A DNA stretch of 63,883 bases, filler included, from Asterionella formosa (Eukaryota), in the NCBI GenBank assembly GCA_002256025.1. It is 3 parts of 3 records of this genome, joined end to end, with 100 filler letters (N's around TTAATTAATTAA, not from the genome) between each part and the next. Parts side by side here need not be neighbours in the genome. Positions count along the whole stretch, not along the records: positions 42,691 to 63,883 come from NKIB01003081.1; 2 more parts are not named here. The stretch is one strand, 5' to 3'. The position numbers and the translations under genes were made by a program. Shown piece by piece: positions 49,793-61,934 of the stretch. The notes beneath the pieces were generated by a model. It was not told the origin of the DNA and ran no database searches. It saw nothing but the letters and a program-made list of their open reading frames with translations. How positions within the stretch are numbered: the stretch's first letter is position 1; each line of letters begins with the position of its first letter.

Positions 49793-50390
49793 GCTCAAAC
49801 GGGATGATGTAACTAAGACAAGGGGGACTAGTGAAGGACAGTTTTGGATCTCCGTGCACCCCGCACTAGACGCCACATATCTGTACTGAAATGTAAACAA
49901 ACAACATACGATACTGCAACAAATGATAAAGTGATGTGGACACCTTCTTTGAGGTCGCTGATTGCTGACATCAGACTACAATTGTGCAAGCCGGGTGGAA
50001 GTGCCAAGTCATCTTGGTACTCGTCACAAACTGACGATACACAACAGAATGGCAAGTTGTAGCTGCCTCATAGCTAGTATTAGTAGCCTAGTCACCTGCA
50101 ACTAAAGACTGGCGGTCATCCTAGCAATCAGTCTTCAAAATCGACCCGAGTCTAGGTCTAGTGACTGCTTGTTAGAATACCGTCCTTTGTTGGCATGCAA
50201 CTGCCTGTTGACCTTGTATTCAATACAGCGCTAGATAGCAATTGACAGCCGGAACAAAATCTTGTAGGGGAATATCAACCCTATGCGGGCATTGATGCAA
50301 TGACTTTATTGTCAAGCCTAAAACAGTAAATTCCTTGGTCTAAAGACTGACAGCAAAATGTACCATTTTATTATTGGCGGCATCCTGAAG

Positions 50391-53300
50391 TTATTCGGGG
50401 GTTTCATCACAAAAGTTCCTAGCATTCTGGAACATTTGAAGCCAAGGACCAGCCTCAAAGTCCTTCCATGCGGGCGGAGTCCATGGCCACTGCCAAGTGG
50501 TAAAAACGCGTTCAGGGTGAGGCATCATTGCCAAGTGGCGGCCATCTTCCGAGCACAACGCAGCAAGGCCATCAGGGCTTCCATTTGGATTGAATGGGTA
50601 TGCTTCCGTAATTTCATTTTTATCATTTACATACCGCACTGGTGCCAAGTTCCTGGCCTTGACATCTTCATAAATTGCGGGATCAGGGAAGTGGAATCGC
50701 CCATCGCCATGGGCAACCCAAACACCCAGGGATGAGCCCTCCATGCCCTTGAACATAATTGCAGGACTCTCTTGAATTTGAACGCTAGTGAATCGGCTTT
50801 CAAACTTTCCGCTGTCATTGTGAAGAAGTCGTGGTTGCTTTTCTTCAGAAAGGCCTGCATTGTTTGGAATCCAGCCAAGCAATGCCATCAATTGGCAACC
50901 ATTGCAAACGCCAAGGCTGAAGGTGTCTATTCTAGTGCGGAACGCTTCGAACTGCTGATAGACATTCTCGTTGAATTTAATAACTCCAGCCCATCCCTTT
51001 GCGCTATCCAAGACATCAGCAAAGGAGAAACCACCAACAAAAACTATGCCGCGGAAAGCGTCGAGCGTCACAGATCCACTGATGAGATCACTGACAGTCA
51101 CATCCCATGCTTCAAAGCCAGCTGATAAGAAGGCTGCGATCATCTCACGGTCTCCATTGCTTCCCTCTTGTCGGATGATCGCTACCTTGTGTTTGGTGAC
51201 GCTGGTCATAACCGCCGTGGGCGTAGGCTCTGGGGTAAACGTCAATTGCCATTGAGGAGTAACTCTTGACTTTAATCCCTTTTCTTCTTGAGCAACGCAC
51301 TCTGGATTTCGCTGTCTCTTTTCCAGTTGAAAACTAGTTGCTTCCCAGGTATCACGCAATTCGGTCATCTTCGAGTTGACACATGGTGAAGCAGAACCGA
51401 CAGAAATCTTGATTGAGTCGCCTTCGGATGATGGACTTCCAATGTCAACACAGCTCACACCAGCAGCGGAAAAGGCTTCAATAATAGCGGTAGCATCTGC
51501 ATTTGCAACTTCAATGACCATACCCGCCTCCTCGTTGAAGAGAGTTGCAATGTCCCCGCCTACATCAGGAAGGGTAACATCAATCGAGCAATTTCCAGCA
51601 AAAGCCATTTCCATGAGAGTGGTAGCCAAGCCTCCATCTGAACGATCATGTCCTGCAAGGATCTTTCCTTCGCCAATGAGTAATTGGGTGATCTCAAAAG
51701 CACTTTTGAGTTCCGTAAAGTCCTCAACGTCAGGAACCACATCTCCAATTTGATTGTAAACCTGGGCGAGAGCAGAACCGCCTAGGCGGGCCTGGCCCTT
51801 GCCAAGATCAATAAATAGCAACTTGGATCCACCGATAGGGCACATCAAATCGGGATTGACAGTCTTAGTCACATCTGGACATGTCACATAGCAAGTTAAG
51901 GTTAATTCACCAGGAGCCTTCACGATTTCTTCGCCACACCTTGCTGCCATTGACAGCGAGTCCTTCCCACCGTCAATGCCCACACCAAGCGAGGCCAAGG
52001 AATCCCGAAGAGCTTCACAAGCGTCGTACATCTTCGCCCCTTCGCCAGGAAGCTTGGCAGCATACATCCAATTACCACTGCACTTGATATCCTCAATGGC
52101 AGAGATCTTGGCCCACACAATGTTCGTCATGGCTTCGGCGACAGTCATGCGAGCCATGGCCGCAGAGTCTACAAGACCCTTGATAGGCTGTTCACCACAT
52201 GCGACTGCCGTTCCGGTGATCCCAAAATGAGTGTGAGCAGTCACACCCACGTTTGCCAAAGGTAACTGCAATGGTCCAACACATTGTTGTTGTGCAACAA
52301 GGCCAGTCACGGAACGATCGACCTTATGAACTAAGAAACGCTTAGAACCAACTGACAAGAGTCGAAGGACACGATCCAAAACATCAACGACAGTTGTTCC
52401 TTCAGGAAGAGCCAAGGGAAGGAAAGAGCTACTGCCGTGTTCATCAATAAATGTCTTCTGCGGCATCTTTCCAAGAACAAGTTCCAAGGGGAGGTCAACT
52501 GGAGTAGAGCCATCTTGAGAGTCATGGACGACAACTTTGCCATCGCCCGTAATCTCCCCAAGGATACGAATAGGACAATTTTCCCGCTTGGCAATCTCAT
52601 GTAGCATTGCTTCATCTTTCGGACGAATCAACATCGCATTGTTTTCTTGGTATTCTGCTCCCCAAATCTCAAGGACCGACAAAGTATTGTCACCAAGATA
52701 TACCTTGCGAATATCATAAACCGCTCCAGCAGGTTCTGTAATCTCTTTCAAGACATTTCCATTTCCACCCGCACCTTGGTCATGGACCGAAACGATTGGA
52801 TTATTTTCACCCAAATCACAGCACGCTCGCATCAACCGGTTCATTCGGTTTTCCATTTCTGCATCACCACGTTGTACAGCATCAAAGTCCAAGTCAGCTG
52901 TTTCCGAGCTCTGAACGCGTGAGGACGCAGCACCTCCACCAATTCCAATCCGATAGGCAGGGCCTCCAATCTTGACAACCAACATTCCCTTTTCTGGGTC
53001 TCCCTTAGTCGCGTGGTTTCCGTCCATCTGTCCAACACCAGCGGAGAACATGATTGGCTTGACCCATTCAAATCGTTCCCCTGAAGGGAGACGCTGTCCA
53101 AATGACCGTGTAAATCCATGAATTACGGGTTCACCATATTTGTTCCCATAATCCGAGGCCCCATTCGACGCTTCGATCTCAATCGACAGAGGTGAGGCTA
53201 AGTTGGAAGGATATAAAAAAGACTTGTCTTCCCAAGGCAAGTCATATCCTGGAATCTGCAAGTTTCCGACACAGTATGCCACCACACCAGCCACGGGATA

Positions 53301-54396
53301 TGCACCACGTCCCGTCGCCATCACATCTCGGAGGCGACCACCTGTTCCCGTCTCGGCACCAGCAAAAGGCGCGACACCGGATGGAAAGTTGTGTGTTTCG
53401 GCAGTTAAAATGGGATGCAAGACTTGTGGGCCCACTGTGACAGGGCCTGCCCCGTTCAAAGATGAAGGACGCAACGACATGCAATCATATCCCCGAATCG
53501 ACGAAGAATTATCGTGAAAGGCAATAATGGAATTTTCCCCACTGGTGGCCAAAGTGGCCTTGACCATTTGAAAGAGAGTATGAGGCTTGACTTCTCCGTC
53601 GATCACCATTTTCCCTCCGAAGAACCAATGGCGGGAGTGCTCACTGTTAGACTGACCCATGTCGAAACATTCAACATCAGTGGGGTCTCGACCAAGCTTT
53701 TCCTGTCAGTGGATGTGTCCATAAATAGATGGTCAAATGGATTGCAAAACGAATTAGCAACATAGTTGTCCTTGCTCGTACCTTGAACAATTCAGTATAA
53801 TAGACCAAATCAGCTTCATCAAATCCCAATCCCCGCTCCTTATTGATTCTCTCCAAAGCAGCCCTCCCTTCAGACATAATAGGGACAGTTACGACCGGCT
53901 GTGGCCTCGCTCCACTGTCAAAAGTGTCACATGGTGTCTCATACAGCTGTTCGGTCATTTTATCATGCAACATGGTAACAATGGCAGCCGTCGCCGCACC
54001 ACTCAAGGCAGTAGAGAACTTAAATCTCCGACTCCGCTCGCACCGCTCGACTGGAATATCGCACGCTTGGCAGATCGAGACGGCATTCGAGGAAAAGGCC
54101 GTAGTGAAGGTCATGCGGGGGCCAAATTCCACCAACCAGCCGTCAGTGCCAGTCAAAGAGGAGCGTTCCTTTTGCAAGTTTTCCTTCTCGAAGGTTTCAG
54201 CCAGCAGCCACTCTAGCTTCACGACTTGATCGTCAGAAAGATCAGCAGAGAGCTGGATGTTGAAACAAGATTCGGTCTCGACCGTCTCGACCTTGCTGGC
54301 ATCTTCTGTCAATCCCAGCGCCTTGAGGAGCTCCTTCAACGAGGGGACAAGTGAATGCGAGGGTTCTGTCTTGCGGTAATAGTGGAGAATTGCCAT
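50391..54396 (-). CDS. PFAS: Phosphoribosylformylglycinamidine (FGAM) synthase, large PurL type; 2 exons (54396-53782, 53702-50391), 1308 aa
   Basis: QSNSEHSRHWFF, AETHNFP, HDQGAGG, DGGKDSLSM, glutaminase motifs GVCNGCQ and MMPHPER; intron 53781-53703. Confidence 0.97.
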
Positions 54397-55971
54397 ACTA
54401 TACTGTCTAGTTCGGTATACTCATTGATCCGAAGTGAAACACAAGAAATGATTTTGTTGGATGTGAACAATGAATGAGCGCGCAGTCAGAATATATAGAA
54501 CACCCGGTACGGCTATATACCGGTACAGATTTGCTGTTCCTGATGAAGGACATGAAACATAACGACGAATTATCAGGTAGTACCTGGTACAATGTATGTA
54601 CCAGGGTACCTCCCGGTAGTTATTTTTGTATGATACCGCTACTGGTACCGGTAGTCTATGGAGTATGCTACGTTCATAATGTCGTACAAATATAGACAAA
54701 ACGGTATCATCGTCATGGTGATTCACATCGTTGAGGCGCGCCAAACAAAACTCGTGGAGGTGGATCGAATCGACCACACCTCGTTGGACAGACTGACCGA
54801 CTGACAAGATTACCAGCACAGATACCGGTACATGTACCATCACACGGGTATACTCCTGGTATGATTGGGGTGAATATATAAAATCATACTAGGGCTTGCA
54901 ATGGTCAGTGTCTGTCTGCCTTAGAAGTTCTTCACAGATCATTGATGCAGATTTTAATAGAGCTAAATCTAAGTAAAATTTGAAGGCAAAGAAAAATGTC
55001 TTATGCACAATGTACTTTGATTATTAATCATGCCAATGATTTAACATTTAGCCACTTTGCCCAGCAGGCAGCAGGCAGGGCAGTCATACAGAAATACAAG
55101 TCCATGGGCAGCTTCATCTAGGGGGTTCAAGTTCACCAGCACCTCTACACAAACTAGTATTGTCCAGTGGAGCCAAATTTATTGTGAAAAGGTGACCTAG
55201 CTACTAGCTAGTACTAGCTACTAGTACTAGTAGTACAGACTCCATTTACTACCACATGCAAGAATCAACCTCCTGGCAACGATCCAATGTTACCAGTTAG
55301 AAAAATGGGCCATGTCTCTAAGAAATGCATATTCATTTCTAGCTAGTTTAATATATAGCTGATGTTTTATTCACATGTTAGGAGGCACAGGGGAGAAGGT
55401 CATCAGCTCCAGCAATTATATAGTACTAGTACTCTCTAGTACTAACTAGCTACTAAGGGAATGCATGGTGGTGAACAGGTGACCTACAGAGTGCATCCCT
55501 GAACCAGCAGCACCAAGAATTGATATGATATTGAATCAATGAGAGTGGAGAGAAAGCGGAGCAAGTATTACTAGTACAGGCTTGAGGAAGATGTTGTGAC
55601 CACTGCAACAAACTAGCTTCTAAATTAGACAACGTTCCTAGAAATCTCTAAAATCAAGAGACTGCCTGGTGATGAGTGTTAATGTGGCACGAAAATATAA
55701 ATCACCAACAGCTTGAGCAACGAGCATCAAGCTCTCCTGTGGTAATCGTTATGGAGTTTGGGACATCGTGGATGTTCATACTATCTAGAAAAGGACTGAA
55801 TTAACCACCAGAATTCTTGTCTGACCAGGCTGACTGGTGCTGAAAGATGAAAAAGCTTTTATGAGTTCTAGGAGAGACCAGAGAGCATGGCTGGCTGAGT
55901 ATGGCGTAGTCTAGTAGTTTAGAAGGATCCTATTAGAATATAGGAGCTGAAACTACCGGTATGTCAAAGTT

Positions 55972-57212
55972 TTAGATTGATCTATATAATTCCTTATAGG
56001 ACCATTTGGAGACAGCTTGAATTGTAGAATCATCATCACAGATGATTGTAGAGTAGATAACATTGTATTTAGCAATGGCATCAACTATAATTTCCACACC
56101 CGCATCTGGTTCCATTGCCTTCGAAGTTCCAGTTACGTGATTCTTGGAGCAAACAGGATGTTTGATAGGTTTCTTGTACCGTCTAGCCGCCCTGTCGCAC
56201 ACATTACAGACATTTGATTTTACTCAATAGTCTAGTATTTTTCTCGAGTAGCCACCAATACAGAATGCATGTCCACTTACGGAGTTTTACTTATTCCCAC
56301 TGGATTGCTGCTGCCATCCCATATCATAAGTAACGGTGAGTCGCGGCTTATTGAGTACAGACATGCGTTATGTAACAGCAGGTAGACTATTCAACCACTG
56401 GAAATCTCGTCCTTCTTTGTCAGCCCAATCGCCGCGTTCACGCACATTCAGTATTTGATATTACCTCCCGACAAGCCTCTTCCATAGCAAGAGCTGTGGT
56501 TGCCACTATCGCCTCACCAACTTTCTCTTCTACTGCAGTAAAATTACCTTGGGTTGACCAAAAAATCAACTGCAAGAGGTAAGTTCATTGCGAAACAAAC
56601 AATGTCAGCATCACCAGGTCCCAATCCAGCTTCGTGACAACCAAGAATAAACTGCTGGTTGATTCCAAAGTGTTTTGCTTCTTTTTTCTTTATCTCACTA
56701 TGGTCTTCATCTTCTTCGTTGCAGCTTCTTGCAGATTCGAGTTTAGCAACCTGTTTTTGGCAGGTCAAACATGTTATTTTGACGGCACTTGCCAACCCGT
56801 AGGTCTCTGATGACGACACGACAATCAATGATTGCGTTACTGATTTTTCTAACAGGACCTGTTCCAAGAAAGAATCACATTTCTCTGCCATTGGAATGTG
56901 GTAAGCACCATTGTTTTGTAGGTAATTTACAAAGGCACGAACAGTTTGTTGACTATATTCGTCAACAAATGTACTAACACATGTTCTGCAAGACACATTT
57001 TCCTGCAGCAATGTCGTCAATGAAGGATAATCGATGACTTGATTCCTGCTTTGCTGAAAAGCTGGTTGAATGGTAGATGTGATTGTTGCAGGAGGAGGTT
57101 GTTTGATCGTATGACGCCACCAATTATGATTTTCGTCATTGACTGTATTCCGACGTCCATGACCACCAACTCCAATTTCTGCTAGAAGACGGCCACCACA
57201 GGAGTGCGGCAT
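55972..57212 (-). mobile_element. Decayed DDE transposase (Kolobok / Mutator-like family), interrupted and 3'-truncated
   Basis: Read through stops: LTVTYDMGWQQQSSGNK*NSVSGHAFCIG..KILDY*VKSNVCNVC..CSKNHVTGTSKAME..IICDDDST. N-terminal part has CRTC, GLAS..CLTC and INQQFILG..MNLP. Confidence 0.8.
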
Positions 57213-57428
57213 GTTGCTTTAGTTGTCTACGTTGTTTGCTGTTATTACTGATGTGTTAAATTATTAAATTATAGAACAACGTTAACAAAATAATATAGAA
57301 AACAAGAGAAGTACATGCCACCTCACTTCTAGATGATGAGTTTGAAACAACATACATACTAGGTGCATTGATGTAAAATATTCTATTGAAATGAATGAAA
57401 ATAATTAAATAAACTAATCACTACTAGA

Positions 57429-57845
57429 TTAAGAATGTTTAGAAACAGGTTTGAAGCCAGTGTAATCTTCATTTCCGTCCTTACTTTTCAATAGGGATTA
57501 AACCCCCTTCAAACAACAGACAAGAAGTTCCATGCGGACACCTTTTCCCAGTGGTCCGCAGTAAACTCTGATTAAAAACTTGTAAAGAAGGTTGCGGGTT
57601 CTTGACACCATAATCTCTTCATACTTCAGTTTGCTGAGAATGTTATCATCTTCCAAGAAATTTTCCACCAACTCTTCGACTTCATCCCATTGGCACTGAC
57701 ATTCAGGGCAACCAAAATCACAGCATTCGCAGAAGATGCAACTCTCACATCACTCCACATCAGACTCTACAATCAACCGGTTTTAACATGTTGGACAGGT
57801 ATCATGATTGTAGTTGAATGGGTCATCCCCCTTGTTGCTTGTCAT
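57429..57845 (-). pseudogene. Cys-rich P2X7 C-terminal (ballast)/KolX-like accessory gene, 139 codons with 3 in-frame stops
   Basis: Manual translation: MTSNKG..CPTC*..*CESCIFCECCDFGCPECQCQW..RNLLYKFLIRVYCGPLGKGVRMELLVCCLKGV*SLL..GNEDYTGFKP..*. Confidence 0.7.
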
Positions 57846-58918
57846 GGTGATGTGTCATTTCGCTCATGGTTTATTGTTGCTTTTTTGTTTCTTACCAGCC
57901 AGTATACTAGTCATCAATGATATTTGCCATGCTGCCAGCAGCTAGATTCTCTGACACATATATGTTGATTGTATTATAGGGTATATATACATTGTGTGAT
58001 GTAGAATGTTTATATATATATTTAGCGAATTCGAAAAGGAATCTATGTACGTACACCACGCAAATTTCCACTGATTTAAATATTTCAAATGGAATCACGT
58101 CATTCAAATATAGCTAATTAAATTCTTGATTCCAGGGAATTTTGGCAAGCCTAAGCAATATTTTAATTTATGCCTAGGGTTTCAATTCAAATGCAGCAAC
58201 CTTAATAATACGGTATGCTTTACTCCGGATTCCGGATTATGCATACCGGTAATCATGAGTTTCGATAATCCATCAAGTCGTGCAAAAATCTTAGCAGAAG
58301 AATATTTAGTTGTCTCATGAGAGATGTCTGACCAACTCGGTGAAAAATGCTAATTACAGGATGCAATGTTGTTTCAAAATACTCAGGACGGTCTGAGTAT
58401 CGAGAAGTTTAGCCTACGTTTTCTAGTGTCATCACCATAATTTACCTCATAATTCGGTTTGTATGAAATATTGTATTTTAATGACTGCGCACACTGTACA
58501 TCATTAGAGGCCCTACTATTTTATACATAGACTCTTGGGACTCTGAGTCCCTTGAGCAAATTGCCCCGTTGCCAGATATGGCGACTTACTATCATGTTTC
58601 GAACCATCAGGAAATTTCTTGTCAAATAATTTAGCCCCTACTAAAAATAAGCCCTTTTCACATGATTGAACAATTCATCGAGTCAAAAAATTCAAATGGG
58701 TCTATAGCAATCCAGCTTCATGATACAAATGTGCCTTTAGAGATTGAGACGAAATTAGCCCCATTTTTTGTTAAGATATGCATTGCGCCTTTGCCGGTAA
58801 CAAGACCATTTTGACTATAGCATTGAATGAGTGATGGTCATAGACTACTGCAAACCCGCCTTTTCATTCATCTATTGTTTTGAAGACCAACTGAAACTAG
58901 CTGACTGAGCAACTAGAC

Positions 58919-60082
58919 ATGAAAGTTTTCTTCATCTGTATACTTGCGCTCACCTTAAACCCGTTATATGCACAACTTCGTAACCTTCAAACAAACGGGA
59001 ACAACAATGTTTCCACACAAGAAGGTACGATCAAGAATCAAGATGCAGGCGATTCTGTGAAGTGGATACGACAATACTGACCCTTTCAAACAACAGGAGT
59101 CATACAATCGCCTCAAGATGCCATTGCTGCCGCTCGGAAAGAAATACACCAAAAGGTCCAGACCGATAAAGTAGTTGGCTTCAAATTCATCCGACTTGGA
59201 TTCCATGACTGCGTTGGAGGTTGCGACGGATGTGTTGACCTTCTCAACCCGGACAACAAAGGTCTCGACTATCCTGTTGATCTGCTTGATGTCATTGTTG
59301 CTAAGTATGCAGTTCAGGGTGTGACTAGAGCTGACATTTGGGCCCTCGCCGCAATGACTGCAGCTGATGTGCTGAAAAGCGACCCTGGTGTAATTTTCTC
59401 CTTCAATTGGTACGGTCGCCCTACATGTGACAATCTCCAATTCTTGGACCCATGCCAAGACGATGATTGTTCTGCCACCCGCGGCCCGAAACGGGAAATG
59501 CCTTCCCCTGATCTCGATACTCACGGCATCTTGGCATACTTCAATGGCACGTTTGGATTTGATGCACAAGAAACAACAGCCCTAATGGGCGCGCACAGCA
59601 TAGGCTTTTTCCACCGCCAAAATTCTGGTTTCGACAATGGTAGCTGGAGCAGAAATCCGGCGTTATTGGATAACTCTTACTATCAGGCGCTTGTTGGTCC
59701 TGAGGGCCTTTCACCTTCAAGTCGTATTAAGCGCGCACCTAAATGGATGCGAGCCAAGGTTAACAATAGTGATATTCCCGGTATGCCAAATCGACACGAG
59801 TGGAAATTCCTCACCTTTGTGATGATGAATGCGGATATTTCTTTGGTTCGAGATTTCAGCGGGAAAATTGATGGTAATGGCCGTGTCACCTGCTCCTTCC
59901 GCGGAGAGAAGCGGTGTCCAGTGGCCGTCGACACATTTGATCAAATGATCGAGTTCAGAGACAACAATACGATGTGGTTGGAAGAATTCCGTGATGTCTT
60001 CACGTTCATGTTGGAGTTTCCGTTCAACCCCACTGCTCCTTGCAACACAGGGCCTTGTTATATTGGAGCTGGCCTCATTTAG
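58919..60082 (+). CDS. Secreted heme peroxidase (non-animal superfamily); 2 exons (58919-59024, 59097-60082)
   Basis: Signal peptide plus LRNLQ; distal RLGFHDCVGGCDGC, TRADIWAL, proximal GAHSIG; intron 59025-59096. Confidence 0.9.
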
Positions 60083-61934
60083 CTTCCCCGATGTGATATA
60101 TATGAAAGGGAGGGGATTAACAACGTCAAATCCTTTGCAGGACTCATCAGGTGGACATATATAATCACCCGCATTACTCTTTCTCGAAAATTGTCGAAGG
60201 GGAGGGGGGCTACCCCGCCCGTTCTACGTGGGGGTCACAAGAGTGTCAAAACTAACGTAATCATTGATGGACTTGAGTATACCACTTCAACTTTCCTTGG
60301 GCACCGTCGGGTCATCGGGAGTGGTAATGCATTCGTTTTTAAGAACAATCTGATTTGATCGATTGAATCGGGACTGGATATTTTCGTTCCCAAGAAATAA
60401 AGTAGTCAAGTTATGCCTCGAGTTGCTTCATCAAGCTTGTACAGAATGCTGACTCCCATGTTATTTGAGAGCTTAAGCATTTAAAATTTGTGTTCTCGGA
60501 AATACCTTGAAATGAGGAGGGGTTTTGCTCTCACTATTCCATTCCTAAAGTTGTTAGGTAGATGAAGGATTTACATATTTGTAGGCCTACTCTAATGTAG
60601 CACGTCACATGAGGCGGTGCTCTTGTTAGTATCATGTCCACCATATCTTACGTCTACAGTAGTATACTTCGATACTAGGGGAAAATTATATTAAGATGGT
60701 TACTTCCAATCACATTGTAGCAGACGGTGCATGGATATTGGCGATGTCTTGAGCGGATGAATTATGGTGTGGTCGCAAACCGTTACTATAGCTGATAAAA
60801 TCTTGGTTGGCCTGCCTGTGTTGAGGCGAATTTTTGAATCCCGCAGCTCTACTATTAACGGTGTATATATGCTGGCATATTCATTAGAGAAATCAGTGAT
60901 TGATTTGAGCGTCCTGCAATTGAACCCCTGGCTCGAGGTAGGGTGTAAAGAATAATATTGATTCAGAGTCATGATCAAAAACGCACTTTTTACTTCTTAA
61001 ATAAATTTGTATAACTCTAAATGGAGCTTTCACTCTTGGACACTCTTTCCATTTGCTAAAATGCAGTCATTAGTTAATGTGGAGGGGTACAGGTCAGCTC
61101 AATATAAAGTCAGGATAAAGGATCTGGCGAAAAAGTGACAAGAAAAAACGGGAAATTGTTTTATTGTTTGGCATATTTTTTAACTTTCCCGCCGGAAGTT
61201 AACTGCTGATGATGCTGCATAGAGTTGACACACCGGCATTTATTTAAATCGTCGTCAAACCCACCTATGTCGACCAATCGTCGTCCGAAAAGTCGACAAA
61301 ATTGGCATTTCCAACTGTCTCCAAAATATTGGAATCAGAATCACCATGTGCTGAAACGACATCATCGGAATAGGAGTCTCGTGAAGGAATTTTTAGTCGT
61401 AAATATTACAGTACTCCGTCCTGGTATATTGCGTTCTCGCCAATTTCAAATGATTCAATTAATTCAAACGGCATCATTGTTATTCACAATTAGCTCCTAC
61501 AAAATCTTAATTTCCAGGAAATTCGGCAACCCTATATAACGCAAATTTTTTAATTTTGCCCGGGGGTTTTCACATGCAGGGAACCGATTCACTGCCGTCG
61601 CAATCGCAGTCGCTTGAAGGGCAGGATTGGACCGTCACCCTGTCACCTGTACTACCAGTCCCTGGTACCTGGTATCTCCATGGTACGACAGCAAACGACA
61701 TGATTCGTATTCGAATCACTAATGGTTTCATGGGCAATAGATATTCGGGAATCAGTTGCAATACAGTATGTACTACATAGAAATTGGAAATTTATCAACA
61801 TCGGATCATTACATGATGCCGGGTCACCTCGTTTCTATCTCTTTTCGATTCACGTCACGGAAACTAATGAACGAGCGACTCATAAAATTGCTAGACGAAA
61901 ATTTAGCAAGAAACTGACAATCGAGTGAATAAAA

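Noticed and set aside
49560..49889. ORF with MTTKMTRKM repeats and its antisense hydrophobic ORFs
   Set aside because: Alternative-frame shadows of the GAT/GAC/GAA codons of the acidic gene.
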